64,000 bases of DNA from Takakia lepidozioides (Eukaryota > Plantae > Bryophyta), in the NCBI GenBank assembly GCA_030704615.1, contig CM060734.1, positions 62,124,001 through 62,188,000 of the forward strand. The letters are read 5' to 3'. A program made the translations under genes and the position numbers. The notes beneath the pieces are model-generated. The model saw only the letters and a program-made list of their open reading frames with translations. It was not told where the DNA came from and made no database searches. Below, piece by piece: positions 48,440-61,731 of the stretch. The first letter of the stretch is position 1, and each line of letters starts with the position of its first letter.

Positions 48440-50659
48440 TTGCCGAAAATGGCTAAGTCCCAGATCTGACTAGGCCCGGAACTGGAAAAATGGCGCCGAA
48501 TTTCCGATTTTGGTGCCAGTCAGATCTGGGACTTAGCCATTTTAGGCCCCGAACTAGAACAATGGCGTTTTTTTTTTTTTTTTTTTTTTTTTTTCGGTGC
48601 CATTTTACCAGTTCGGGGCCTAAAATGGCTAAGTCCCAGATCTGACTGGGCCCGGAACTGGAAAAATGGCGCCGAATTTCCGATTTTGGTGCCAGCCACC
48701 CTAGGGACTTAGCCATTTTCGGCCCTGAAAGTACCCACTGGCTATGCCTCTGCTTTCAAAAAACATGTGGTCAAACAAAAGTTGAGCCAATTGAAGTCGC
48801 TCTAGTACTTGAGATGGAGAGTGGGTGAGGTCTGTATGGTGGAGTCTTTTAGCAAAGGTGCCATTGGCTTGACTTATATAACGGGGTAGAATGGTTTCTT
48901 CTCTTTTCACCATTTCCGTATCACTAGAAGAAGACCTGCTTACATCTATAAGTGCAAGGTGTTAGCATAGTTAACACTTGTGTGTGGAAGAGAGCTTGAT
49001 AGATAGCTCTTAAGTTACAAGCTGTTGCAGGGTTTGCAAGAAGAAAGTCTTGTGGTGTTTATGTACAAGAGGAGGTCTTCAAGAAGAGCATCATTGAAAG
49101 TTTGAGAGCTTGTGAAGAAGCTCTTGTTCTGCAAGTGTTGCAGGGTTTGAGGAGTTCAAGAAGAGCTCGGGTGTTAAGGAAGCAAGTGGTGCATGTGTGG
49201 AGTATGGTTTCAGCTTGTGGGAGTCTTCAACTTCCATTTTTCCTGTTCGGGGCCGAAAATGGCTAAGTCCCAGATCTGACTGGGCCCAGAACTGGAAAAA
49301 TGGCGCCGAATTTCCGATTTTGGGTGCCAGTCAGATCTGGGACTTAGCCGTTTTCGGCCCCGAACTAGAAAAATATCGTTTTTTTTTTTTTTTTTTCGGC
49401 GCGATTTATCCAGTTCGGGGCCGAAAATGGCTAAGTCCCAGATCTGACTGGGCCCAGAAATGGAAAAATGGCGCCGAATTTCCGATTTTGGGTGCCAGTC
49501 AGATCTGGGACTTAGCCGTTTTCGGCCCCGAACTGGAAAAATGGCGTTTTCTTTTTTCTTTTTTTCTTTTTTCCGGCGCCATTTTTCCATTTCGGGGCCG
49601 AAAATGGCTAAGTCCCAGATCTGACTGGCACCAAAATCGGAAATTCGGCGCCATTTTTCCAGTCATGCAGGTAATTCGAAGAGCGGATGGATGGAAATCC
49701 GGCGCCGGATTTCCATCCAACAGGTAAGTCGGCGCGCAAAATTTCCGTCATGCAGGTAATTCGAAGAGCGGATGGATGAAAATCCGGCGCCGGATTTCCA
49801 TCCATTCGCTCTTCGAATTACCTGCATGACTGGAAAAATGGCGCCGAATTTCCGATTTTGGGTGCCAGTCAGATCTGGGACTTAGCCGTTTTCGGCACCG
49901 AACTGGAAAAATGGCGTTTTTATTTTATTTTTTATTTTTATTTTTTCGGCGACATTTTTCCATTTCGTTGCCGAAAATGGCTAAGTCCCAGATCTGACTG
50001 GCACCAAAATCGGAAATTCGGCGCCATTTTTCCAGTCATGCAGGTAATTCGAAGAGCGGATGGATGGAAATCCGGCGCCGGATTCTCATCCACCAGGTAA
50101 GTCGGCGCGCAAAATTTCAGTCATGCAGGTAATTCGAAGAGCGGATGGATGAAAATCCGGCGCCGGATTTCCATCCATCCGCTCTTCGAATTACCTGCAT
50201 GACTGGAAAAATGGCGCCGAATTTCCGATTTTGGGTGCCAGTCAGATCTGGGACTTAGCCGTTTTCGGCCCCGAACAAGAAAAATGGCGTTTTTTTTTTT
50301 TTTTTTTTTTTTTTTTCGGCGACATTTTTCCATTTCGTTGCCGAAAATGGCTAAGTCCCAAATCTGACTGGCACGAAAATCGGAAATTCGGCGCCATTTT
50401 TCCAGTCATACAGGTAATTCGAAGAGCGGATGGATGGAAATCCGGCGCCGGATTTCCATCCACCAGGTAAGTCGGCGCGCAAAATTTCAGTCATGCAGGT
50501 AATTCGAAGAGCGGATGGATGAAAATCCGGCGCCGGATTTCCATCCATCCGCTCTTCGAATTACCTGCATGACTGGAAAAAATGGCGCCGAATTTCCGAT
50601 TTTGGGTGCTAGTCAGATCTGGGACTAAGCCGTTTTCGGCCCCGAACTGGAAAAATGGC

Positions 50660-50702
<43 letters not shown>

Positions 50703-52680
50703 TCGGCGACATTTTTCCATGTCGTTGCCGAAAATGGCTAAGTCCCAGATCTGACTGGCACCAAAATCGGAAATTCGGCGCCATTTTTCCAGTCATGCAG
50801 GTAATTCGAAGAGCGGATGGATGGAAATCCGGCGCCGGATTTCCATCCACCAGGTAAGTCGGCGCGCAAATTTCCGTCATGCAGGTAATTCGAAGAGCGG
50901 ATGGATGGAAATCCGGCGCCGGATTTCCATCCGCCAGCTAGGTCGGCACGCAAAATTTCCGTCATGCAGGTAATTCGAAGAGCGGATGGATGGAAATTCG
51001 GCACCGGATTTCCATCCGCAAGGTTGGTCGGAGAGCGGATGGATGGAGATCCGGCACCGGATTTCCATCCTGCAGGTAAGTGGAATCCCGGATGGATGGA
51101 AATCCGGCGCCGAATTTCCATCCTGCAGGTAATTCGAATCCCAGATGGATGGAAATTCGGCGCCGGATTTCCATCCAGCAGGTAAGTGGAATCCCGGATG
51201 GATGGAAATTCGGCGCCGAATTTCCATCCTGCAGATAATTCGAATCCCCGATGGATGGAAATTCGGCGCCGGATTTCCATCCAGCAGGTAAGTGGAATCC
51301 CGGATGATTGGAAATTCGGCGCCGAATTTCCGTCCAGCAGGTAATTCGAATCCCGGACGGATGGAAATTCGGCGCCGCATTTCCATCCAGCAGGTTACTG
51401 GAATCCCGGATGGATCGAAATCCGGCGCCGAATTTCCATCCTGCAGGTATTTCATCGCTGAGAATTACCTTCCTGCAGGTAATTCTGAGCGAGGAATCAC
51501 CTTCCTACCTTCGTCGATAAGAATTACCTGCAGGAAGGTAATTCTCAGCGATGAAATACCTGGCGAATGGAAATTCGGGGCCGAATATCCATACGCCAGC
51601 GATCCGACTTACCTGCTGGATGGAAATTCGGCGCCGAATTTCCATCCATCCGGGATTCGAATTACCTGCAGGATGGATATGCGGCTCCGGATTTCGATCG
51701 ATCCGGGATTTCACTTACCTGCTGGATGGAAATTCGGCGCCGGATTTCCATCCATCCGGGATTCAACTTACCTGTTGGATGGAAATTCGGCGCCGAATTT
51801 CCATTCATCCGGGATTCGAATTACGTGCAGGATGGATATGCGGCGCCGGATTTCGATCGATCCGGGATTTCACTTACCTGCTGGATGGAAATTCGGCGCC
51901 GGATTTCCATCCATCCGGGATTGCACTTACCTGCTGGGTGGAAATTCGGCGCCGAATTTCCATCCGGGGGTTGGTCTCTGTCGGAGAGGTGCCGGCCTCT
52001 CCGCCGCTCTGTTGGATATTCGGTGCCGAATTTCCGTCCGGCGGTTGAAATATGACGGCCAGGTGCCGACCTCTCCCCCCTCCCCAACCGCATTGGAACG
52101 GCCCCGGATTGAAATTCGGCGTCGTTTTCCCATCTGGGGAGGTTTTTATGTCGGCCAGTTTTCAGTCTGACACCCCGACAAGACTTCCTTGGGGGGGCCC
52201 GGATGGAAATTCGGCGCCGAATCTCCATCCAAGGGATGCTCTCTGTCGAACACGTGCCGACCTCTACGCTCGAGGCGACTTCATCCGGGCGTCCCCTGTT
52301 CGATATTCGGTGCCGAATTTCCGTCCGGGGGTTGAAATGTGACGGCCAAGTGCCGGCCTCTCCCCCTCCCCGACTGCATCCGAACCGCTCCGGATGGAAA
52401 TTCGGCGCCGTTTTTCCATCTGGGGATGTTTTTATGCCGGCCAGTTTTCGGCCTGACCCCCCGACACGACTTCCTTTACCTGCTGGATAGAAATTCGGCG
52501 CCGAATCTCCATCCAGGGGATGTTCTTTGTCGCACACGCGCCGGCCTCTTCGCCCGAGGCGACTTCATTCGGGCTTCCCCTGTTGGATATTGGGTGCCGA
52601 ATTTCCATTCGGGGGTAGTAATGTGACGGCACGGTGCCGGCTTCCCCTTCAGCCGTCATCATCCGGACGGCCCCCCACTT
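48440..52680. repeat. CpG-rich hierarchical palindromic tandem array built on GGAAATTCGGCGCCGAATTTCC
   Basis: The 22-bp palindrome recurs dozens of times. Periodicities of 53/106 bp, ~290 bp and ~370-390 bp; long hairpins; unrelated insert at ~48730-49230. Confidence 0.92.
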
Positions 52681-52895
52681 TCTGACTGCATACCGTTGGC
52701 AGTTATTGCGCAAAGACCAGGGGCCGCATTCCGGAGACAAGGTTCATTAACACTCTGACTGTGGATTTTTGAGATAGTTGGCTCCCTGGATTTGGATCAG
52801 GCTTCGTCGCTCGGACAAATCGGCATCGCATTCATTCCCATCGCTGCATCCCCCTTCTACCAGGGAGCTTCCCCGCACTCCATCCTGGGAGTCTT

Positions 52896-55525
52896 GTGTG
52901 CACATCTCCCATGGCAGAAAACCCGAGCGCTACAGTGTACTGCCCTCCTCACGAGCATAGAGCTTCATTTCCGTGCAGAGGGGACACCTGCCGGGTGATG
53001 GAGAAATATCTGTGCGTTCGATACCACCTGAAACCGGGGTCGGTTTTTTTGGAGGAGGAAAGGAAGGACTCTAACGGCCTTGTTGTCGACAGTATTGTTG
53101 TGCTCCACGATGATTTCGGCGATGGCAGGGAATGGCGAGTTCCACCATTGGACAGCGTCATATACAGGGCTGTTGGGGACTTCATTTGCCCACCAAATGC
53201 ACCTTCTATCCTGGCGCCTTCCACGAAACAATCCGCGAATCAGAGAGTGGCTACCTCAAAGAGAGAAGTCCGCAACGAAGTAAATCCAGAGCCGAACCCA
53301 TCCATGAAGACGAGCCAGAACCGGGTTGTTCACAACCTGTCCGACTCAGACGAGGTCATGGAAGTTCCGAGGTCGTCCTGGAGATCAGGCAAGTCCTCAA
53401 TGGATGTCAGTGGAGGAGGGTTCCGCACTTAGAGGGAGAGAGGTAGTCAAGCTGGAGAGGGTTTCCTTCTACGATACAGAAGAAAAGGAAGTCACAGTAT
53501 TTTACTTCCCTTAGGGAGAGACTCGGAGCAAAAGAGCAAATGCACTAGTACAAAAAACGGGTTTCATGATACTTTTTTTGACTGTTTTCATGACTCTTTT
53601 GGTCATTTTGACTCTTTTTTTACTCTTTTGAAAAAATTCATGCAGACCGTGTCGTTACGATGACTCTAATATCCGTGTCGTGAATATGACTTTGGGTGAC
53701 ATCCCCTAGTGAGTAAGATACATGACCCTGTTTTTCATCACGTTCGTGACCGTTTCCTAACAACAGACGACTCTCCCTGGACTGCGATGTGTCAATTTCA
53801 GATGATGACAGGTGTAGGGACGACGTTATCTCGCACTCATGCCACAACGTACCACGTGTTGAAATCTAGCAACTTTTTCGAGAGTCATGGATGTGATTGT
53901 AGATGCATTCGTGCCCAGACACGTGGCGCGCTCTGTATGGTTTCTGGTAGGAATGGGGAAACTAACCTGGTCATGAGCATGACCAATTTGGTCATGAGAA
54001 TGACCATTTGTTTAACTTTAGGTTCTTGGAGAGATAGGTTTACGGTTTGGACGGGAAGTTGTTGAAGTACTCCTTCCAAAACCGTGATGAGATAGCTCTT
54101 GTCAGGCAGTGGAGAGTCCGGCCTCGGAGATACAGGGTCCTTGGGGAGCCTCGACGAAAGTCCCTTGGATCATATGTTACTCCAGGGACGGCTGCTTCTG
54201 TGGTTCAAGACAAAAGGGATGTTGTAGTGAAAAAAGAGGAACCTCCACTCCCATAGTTGAGCTTTCGGATTTATCAGATGAAGACATAATTGAAATCACT
54301 ACTGACGTGCATCCTCCTGTAGTTGTGCAAGACGATGTTCAGGAGGTCTCCAGTGTCATTCAAAACTACGGGCAATGGGGGGGATGCCCGGTTTCAAAAG
54401 TGAGTTGCGGGGAATTCGTTGGGACACTTTCAATATTGTGCTTGTGAAATATCTTCCAGAGACGTTTGATGGGGATATCCTTTTCGAGCTCCCTCCTCCT
54501 CATCATATTGGAGGTATTTCAAGCTTGATGCATGGTATGGACAAGAGACACAATGGACACCCATGGTGTAGGACAAAAAGGTCGAATATTCAAAATCACG
54601 ACAAACTCATCTTCAAGAGAACAGTTTGCAAAGGGCACCTCAGATGCGAAAATTTCAATTGCAGGCACTTTCTTCAATCGGGGGTTCACAACCAGAGCGA
54701 GTGGGAGGGTATCGCTGAAAATCCATTCAAGCCAGGGGCGGCTCCTTCACAGACGGACACTTTTGTTTGCAAAGTTTGCAAGCTTGTCCCATCATGCCTA
54801 GCGGTGTGTGGTGCAAGAATGTACTACATGGTGCACCGTTTGAAAACTATGACTCGAGCTTGTGTGCATTTTGGTTTTCATAACCATCACATTTATTCGT
54901 CTTATGGCCCGGAAAACCAACCCCATGTCCTTCTTCTTTATGTCAAGCACGTAAGCCTTCACTCAAAGGGAGATTACAGGGAAAGTCTTGAGACAGTGTC
55001 GAGGATGATTAAACAGGAGTACAAGAGCAACCATCCGCCACCACATCTGCAATTGCTCTTGCCGCAAGCAAGAGCTTCTTGGATAGCCATATTTTTTGTG
55101 CAGTGGATTCTGTGGGAAGTAAACTTGATGGACTAGCATTGGACATTCTCATGGATCATTTCTCCACATTGAGTTCACCCAACATTCGCCATCAGGTGAA
55201 TGCATTGAGAATGCGCTATGGACATTGACAACATTCTTGAATTGAAAGGAATGAGCAAGTACGACTACATTCAGGACAACGTGTTTCCAGACCAAGGAGT
55301 GACAAAAGTATATCTTTTCAAAATGTCTACAACTGAGGAGGGAAGCGGGGTGAGCCTCGTCAGGCGGATGCAGAAGAGTGGCGACCTAGAGAAATGTTTT
55401 CTTATGTTTGATCACGTCAAACGGGTGAAAGATTGGAAGACTATGGCTTGTCATGTGTACAATCCTGTATACCAGCGAGTTATGACAATTGCACTTTGTG
55501 ATATGCAATCGGAGGATTCTGAATC
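52896..55525 (+). pseudogene. Mutator-like (MULE) DDE transposase remnant with Cys/His-rich GCM/WRKY-like N-domain
   Basis: GHPWCRT...CKGHLRCENFNC...CKVC...C.A.MYY...RACVHFGFHNH (54375..55136), then FLMFDHVKRVKDWKTMACHVY...TIALCDMQSED (55218..). Truncated after the first catalytic-like Asp. Whether ORF 52896..53432 belongs to it is uncertain. Confidence 0.55.
53543..54015 (+). mobile_element. CACTA 5' end fragment
   Basis: Begins CACTAGTACAAAAAACGGGTTTCATGA with CATGAC subterminal repeats; no partner TIR. Confidence 0.65.
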
Positions 55526-56297
55526 CCTGTGGAAATCCCTGACCTCATCATGTCTTTCAACGTCCCGCCAAATTGCGCCAACAACCCTTCCCAAAAGCCT
55601 GCTAGCATGGGAGGCATTTGTTGGTCTGGCGGAGCCTCTGGGAAGTCCTCGGGCTCCGACTCCCCAAATTCCTCCTGTTCTTGAGTGGCCTTGCTTTCAG
55701 AAGCATAAATTGTCTCTTCCATTTGCCGCTTTGGTGACACGTCGCCCCCACCGGGCTCACCAGGATCACCATCTTTCGGGCCGTTCCGCTTTCGCTTTGT
55801 CTTGTCCGACCCCATGATGAGGCCGATCTCAAGGATGATCACGTACTGAACTCTAAGCTCTGATACCAAGTGTTGTGCACCTCACTTTGGTAAGCTCCGC
55901 TTCAAGCCATAGTTACTCGCTTTGATGCGCGCGCCTAACTCCCAAACTCGCCGGGCCAACTCGGAGCTTTGGCTGCTCACTGGGACATAACGGTCCCCCT
56001 TTGCTCCTCCACAAGACCCTCGCTCACTTTATGCCTAGTGGAAATTCCCTTTGGTTATTAGCAGTCCGGAACAGCTCCCCACACCTTGGTCGCTTTCCGG
56101 CTCGCACGCTTACTCACTAGTTTTTTTGTCACCAACGGGTTTGCACCGTTCTTGGGGTTACTACTCCCTATATATACTTCTGTGACTGTCTACGGGGGTT
56201 TCACAAACAACACCATCCTTTTATGGCAAACCACCACGAAGACCCTTGACTCCCGGTGATGAGTCGCGGTGAATCTTGGCCTACCTACCACGGCACC
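55525..56297 (-). mobile_element. Element E: chromovirus 5' remnant (partial LTR 55871-56297, tRNA-Met PBS 55857-55868, gag start)
   Basis: rc TGGTATCAGAGC lies 2 nt from the LTR end; the LTR is homologous to 56802-57228; ORF 55480..55869. Confidence 0.85.
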
Positions 56298-56299
56298 AC

Positions 56300-56801
56300 C
56301 ACGATCATGACTCAAGGAGTCAAAGTAGCGTCTTCCTTCATTCAGTAGGCCAGCGTGGCTGCATGCAGCTCGAGAACACATATAAAGGTGATATTGCTCG
56401 GCTTCAAGCCGTTCTTTTGCATTCCTTCAAATAGTTGCACGACCTCCCTATGACAACCATGTTGTGCATATCTTGCGATCATCGCATTCCACGACACCAT
56501 ATCTCGTTCAACCATATTGTCAAACACTCCATTTGCATCCTCCATGCACCCACATTTGGCATACATGTCCACCATGGCAATGTTCAGGATCACATCTGGT
56601 ACAATTCCAGCTCTGACGATGTTGCCATGCGCCTCTTCGCCCTTTCCAGGGCTGCCAGGCTTGCACGCGCACTGCAAACACACACAAACATGATGTGGTC
56701 GGGCTTCACCCCATCGCACATCAATTGCTCATAGGTCTCCAAAGACTCCATCCCATGTCCTTGTTGTGCATACCCTGCAAGCATCGCACTCCACGACACC
56801 A
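56300..56801 (-). pseudogene. PLS-class pentatricopeptide repeat gene fragment
   Basis: DMVSWSAMLAGYAQQGHG...GVKPD, VDMYAKCGCMEDANGVFDNMVERDMVSWNAMI..YAQHG, AACSHAGLLNEGRRYFDSL; frameshifted. Confidence 0.92.
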
Positions 56802-59800
56802 TGTCGCGCACCTCACTTCGGTGAGCTCCTCTTCAAGTCATAGTTACTCGCTTTCGATGCGTGCGCCTAACTCCCAAACTCGTCGCCGGACCAACTCGGA
56901 GCTTCGGCTGCTCACCAGGACATAACGGTCCCCCTTCACTCCTCCACGAGACCCTCTCTCAATTTGGGCCAAGTGAAAATTCCCTTTGGTCAATGGCAGT
57001 TTGGAACAGCTCCCCACACCTTGGTCGCTTTCCGGCTCGCACGCTTACTCACTAGTTTTTGGTCACCAACGGGCTTGCACCGTTCTCGGGGTTACTACTC
57101 TCTATATATACTTCTGTTACTGTCCGCGGGGGTTTCACAAACAACCATGCCATTTTATGGCGAACCACCACGAAAACCCTCGATTCCCGGTGATGAGTCG
57201 TGGTGAGTTTTGGCCCACCCACCACGGCCCAATTGGACCGTGATGAGTCCCAAGACTCCCTACGACTCCCACCACAAGGTCTCCGCCCCATGGTGAGTCC
57301 TATGCCACCCCCACTAAGACCCACTAAGCTACCAACACCCCTCGTGGAACCACCCCCACCGCAACCCGGTGTGCGGGGCTCCACCTAGTGAGCGCCTCCG
57401 CCTCCTTGAGTGCCTTGGGCACTCAAGGGTGCTTCAGCCCCCGCATCTATTGTTGCCACTGCCCCCACCACAGGGGCAGCCCCTCTTGTGTCCCGACCCC
57501 CTACCCTCAAGGCAAAGGGCCGTGAAATACACCCCTACCAACAAGGAGTCGATGTCCTCATCGACTTGTCCATTTTGTAGAAACGAACATCCAAGTTGTG
57601 GCGTCCCACATCAAGGAGTTTGTTTCCGTATCATGGCGTCCCATGGCAAAGAACCAAACCCCCACTTGACTCTACTCTCTATTAGCTAGTTCGGCTGACT
57701 TCCTCCAAGTCCCGGCAAAGGGTGGAGCCTCTTAAGCTCCTCCCAGTGCACTCTTCTTGGCCTATTTCAAAGCCAAACCTTCCTCCCCAAGGATCAAATC
57801 GCCTTACTGCAACAACATTGCTTGCGACCGCTCATGATGCCGCTTTTGATATCACTTGAGCAAGGGTTCACCTTGAACCAACCGTGCGCCCCAATCACTA
57901 CAATTGGGTCCACCTTGGAATGCTGGCCTGAGGTACGGGAACACGCCGAAGCCGCACTACAATTTCGTCCCGAGGCTACAGGATTATAGTACATGAACGG
58001 AAACACATAGCTTCCGCGTTAGCCCGCACTACAAGACAACCCTCTCGGTAGCGCAGTTATAGTACGCACACGCTCTAGGTGCGCACTAGCATGTGAACTC
58101 CCAAGCGCAAGTTTCATTGCCCTTTGGATGGGAGTCACCCGATTTCGGCACTACGCAAACACACGATTAATCCAATTTACCTCTCCCACTTTTGTAAGCT
58201 AGCATGCATTCTACACACTAGCCAATCATACCATGCATCACCATTCCAAACAAAATATGATGCACAACATTTGGAAACCATTTCATTTATAACAAAATTT
58301 GTACGACACAAGTTTTTGCAATCGGATTCCTGAGCTAGCTAAGCTGGACAAAGCATGCATTTCCTCCCCCACGATCCAAGGTTGATGTCCCCATCAACGT
58401 TTCTTCCGCTTTTGAGGTCGCCCTTCGAAAGCTGCAACTGCCTCGGATGCGTTTCCCATTTCTAAGACACGCACCCAAGATTCCTCCACATGATGATAGC
58501 CCTTCCATTTCACGAGATACTTTGTTTCTCGATTCTTGAACCTCCTCGACTTAAGCACTGCCTCCACCTCGTATTCAGGTTCATTTTCATGATTCAACAA
58601 CACAGGTGGCGGACGCAACACTTGATGCCGATTCGGACGCGCTTCATCTTTGAAGTAAGGCTTCAAAAGGGAGACGTGGAATACCGGATGCACCTTGCTG
58701 TTTCCCGGGAGCTCCAATTCATACACATCCTCATTCATAACCTTCCGGATGCGAAAGGGCCCCGCATACGGAGGTACGAACTTTGGACTCACTTCCGGAG
58801 GTAGTCAAAAATTCTTGATGTTCAACCAGACCTCCGTGCCTGCCTGAAACTTAACTTCCCTCTACTTCCAATTTGCCTGCCGTTCATACCGTTTCCTAGC
58901 TTTGGCAATGTTGTACTTTGTGAGCTTCAACAAATGCTCGCGTTCTTCCAGCACCGCTGTTGCTGCCAGTTCCTCAACGTCTTGGGCGGCCCAACTTGTC
59001 GGCACCAGAGGTGCTTTTCCATAGACCAATACAAAAGGGGAAACTCCCGTTGCAGAGTGTTTTGTGTTATTATAACAGAACTCTGCCGCATCCAAATGCT
59101 CCACCCAGTCTGATTGGTCTGCCGACACATAATTCCGTAAGATCTACTTCACCACAAAATTCACTCTTTCCGTTTGGCCATCCGTCGTAGGTCGGAAGGC
59201 GGTGCTCATCTTGAGCCTCGTCCCCATCTTCTTCCAAAGTGCCCTCCAAAATTTACTTGTAAACTTTGGATCACGGTCCGAGACAATATCCTTCGGGAGT
59301 CCATGATGCTTGAAGACGTGGGCAAAGTACAGTCGCCCCGTCTCCTGCGCCGTTGCCGTCTCCTTGGTGGGTTGAAATGGCCCATTTTATTGAACCTATC
59401 TACCACCACTATGATTGCATCGAATCCTTTTGACAGCGGCATAACAGTCATGAAATCCATCGAAACACTTTCCCAAGACCCCTCTGGAATCGGCAAGGGT
59501 TGTAACAGCCCCGCTTGCTTTTTGTACTCGCTCCGGTTTTGTTGGCATGTGGTGCATGTCTTGACATACTCCTCGGCCTCCTCCCTCAGTTTGGGCCAGA
59601 AATACTATTTCTTCAATAGTGCCGCGGTGCGCTTGGCTCCGCCGTGGCTCGCAAGCGGGCCATCGTGGCATTCTCTCAGGAGACTATCTCTGATCCCTCC
59701 CTTCGGCACGTAGAGGTGCTTTTGCTTGTACCGGAGCAGTCCATTGTGCAAGTGGAACTGCGATTTAACCCCCATCCTCAAGTCCCGCATCACGGACTTT

Positions 59801-60772
59801 GCCATCTCATCCTTCCGGTAAGCCTTCCGGATCTTCCTTTCGAGCGCCATCTCGCCTTTGTACACCAACATGAGCTGCTGCTTTCTACTTAAGGCATCGG
59901 CCACCACATTGTCCCGTCCCGGTTTGTACTGGATATCCACGTCGAACCCTGCCAAAGTGTCTTGCCACCTAAGTTATTTTGGGGACAACTTAGGCTGCGT
60001 GGCAAAATACTTCACCGTGACATTGTCTGTGAACACCCTCACCGAGATGGAACCAACATAGTGGCGCTAAAGCTCAAGGCAATGCACCACCGCCTTCATT
60101 TATTTCTCGTGCGTAGGTCACTGTCGCTCCACTTCATTTAGTTTCTTACTTTCATAAGCCACTGGACGTCCATCCTGCATGAGCACACCCCCAATCACGA
60201 AGTCCGACGCATCTGTATGAATCTCAAACGGGCAGTCGAACTCCAAGATTTTCAGGACTGGAGCTTCCGCCAACTGCTGCTTCAACTCGGCAAAAGCTTG
60301 GCCACAAAAGATGTTCCATACCCAAACCTTGGACTTACACAGAAGATCCGACAGCGGCCCCGCGATCTTGGCAAAATTTCTCACAAACTTTCGGTAATAG
60401 GAGGTGATTCCTAGGAAGGATCACATCCCCGGGACCAAAGTTGGAGGCTCCCAGTCCAAGATCGCCCTCACCTTTCTGTCATCCATTTTTGATCCCATCC
60501 TGTGTAATCACATGCCCTAGGAATTCCACTTTTGTGACCCCGAATTTGCACTTTGAAGCTTTGGCATACAGCTTCCCTTCCCGCAATTTCTTTTGAGGTG
60601 CTCCAGGTGCTCCTCCTTTGTTTTTGAGTACACCAAGATGTCATTGATGTACACGATCACAAAGTCATCCAACTACTCCTGGAATAGGTTGTTCATTAGC
60701 GTGCTAAAGGTCGCGGGTGCATTGGTGAACCCAATATGCATCACCAAGAACTCATACGAACCATATCTCGTC
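56802..60772 (-). mobile_element. Element F: 5'-truncated chromoviral Gypsy element (Galadriel/Tcn1-like): RT-RH-INT-chromodomain, PPT, 3' LTR ~56802-58350
   Basis: RT VYINDILVYS (decayed YIDD), RH HTDASDFVIGGVLMQDGRPVAYESKKL, INT WESVSMDF, GPF motif, chromodomain EYEVEAVL...YLVKWKGY...SW (58394..58792); PPT rc GTGGGGGAGGAAA at ~58360-58372. Confidence 0.92.
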
Positions 60773-61731
60773 CAGGGGATGCTACTCCGTGAGCCCGGAG
60801 GCATGAGCCAGTGAGCCCAGGAAACCGTGAGCCCAGCACAGGCTCACGCCACGTCAGCATGCATACAGGTCCTATTTCCGCGAGTGTCACCTATTACCGC
60901 GGGTTGATCAGCCATTTCCAGGGAATGCAGACTGGATGTGTTACATCCATTGTATCTATTCTTTCTATCCATTCCATCCATTTAGACGTTATCAACATAC
61001 CAAGCCCCTGCATTGGAATGTGGCTACGTCATGAGCAGGTGCACACTCACATCATCCAAAGCGGATCCCTGCGAAATCTTTTCTTACTCACCACCCTTGC
61101 GAACATGACAGGTATGTGCGGGAGCATCATGGATGCTCACCAGAATTGAGAATGCTTGAACGCTCTTTGATCGCGTGGACTTTAACATGATGGATTTACC
61201 AAGCATTCTTCTAGCAGGAATGGTTTGGAGACCAACAAGCAAATGATGCGAGAATGCTCTACCCGAACCAAAGACGTTTGTTTGTTTTTGCAATGCACAC
61301 AAGCCTGTGAGCTCTGCAAAACACTAAATAGATTCAAGGAACAATCCGGGCAGTCCATGCAACCCCCATCGCCAACGATAGTTTGTTCCCATGAATTTGC
61401 ATCCCACGCACATATTGCAAACAAGACAACAAGAACACACAACCATCCCATTTCAAAATTGGCCCCGAATAAAAGCAAAAGAAAACTTCATATCAAGTGT
61501 CACAGTCATCAGAATCAGTATCAACCTCCTGTGCTATGTCATCCACAAAGATTCCAGCCCCAACACCACGTCTTCTACCATGGCCGTCGATGGTTGGACT
61601 GCGAGTGCCATGAACGGACATGTTTGCTGCGACTGCCTCCGCACAGACAGGTAGCACGTAAGACTGAGGAGAACTTGAAAGAAGTCCAAAAAGATGTGAT
61701 AGCCTTGGAGGGTCAGTGGAAGCACGCGGAC

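Noticed and set aside
48730-49230. Copia RT/RNase H tail or CACTA end (CACTAGAAG at 48922)
   Set aside because: No ADIFTK-type motif, no subterminal repeats and no partner TIR; left unassigned.
49197-52626. Many ORFs with MEIRRRISI / WKFGAEFPS repeats
   Set aside because: These are translations of the palindromic array; the same peptides appear on both strands and in several frames.
48440-52680. CRISPR-like array
   Set aside because: The spacers are themselves repeats, there are no cas genes, and the context is eukaryotic.
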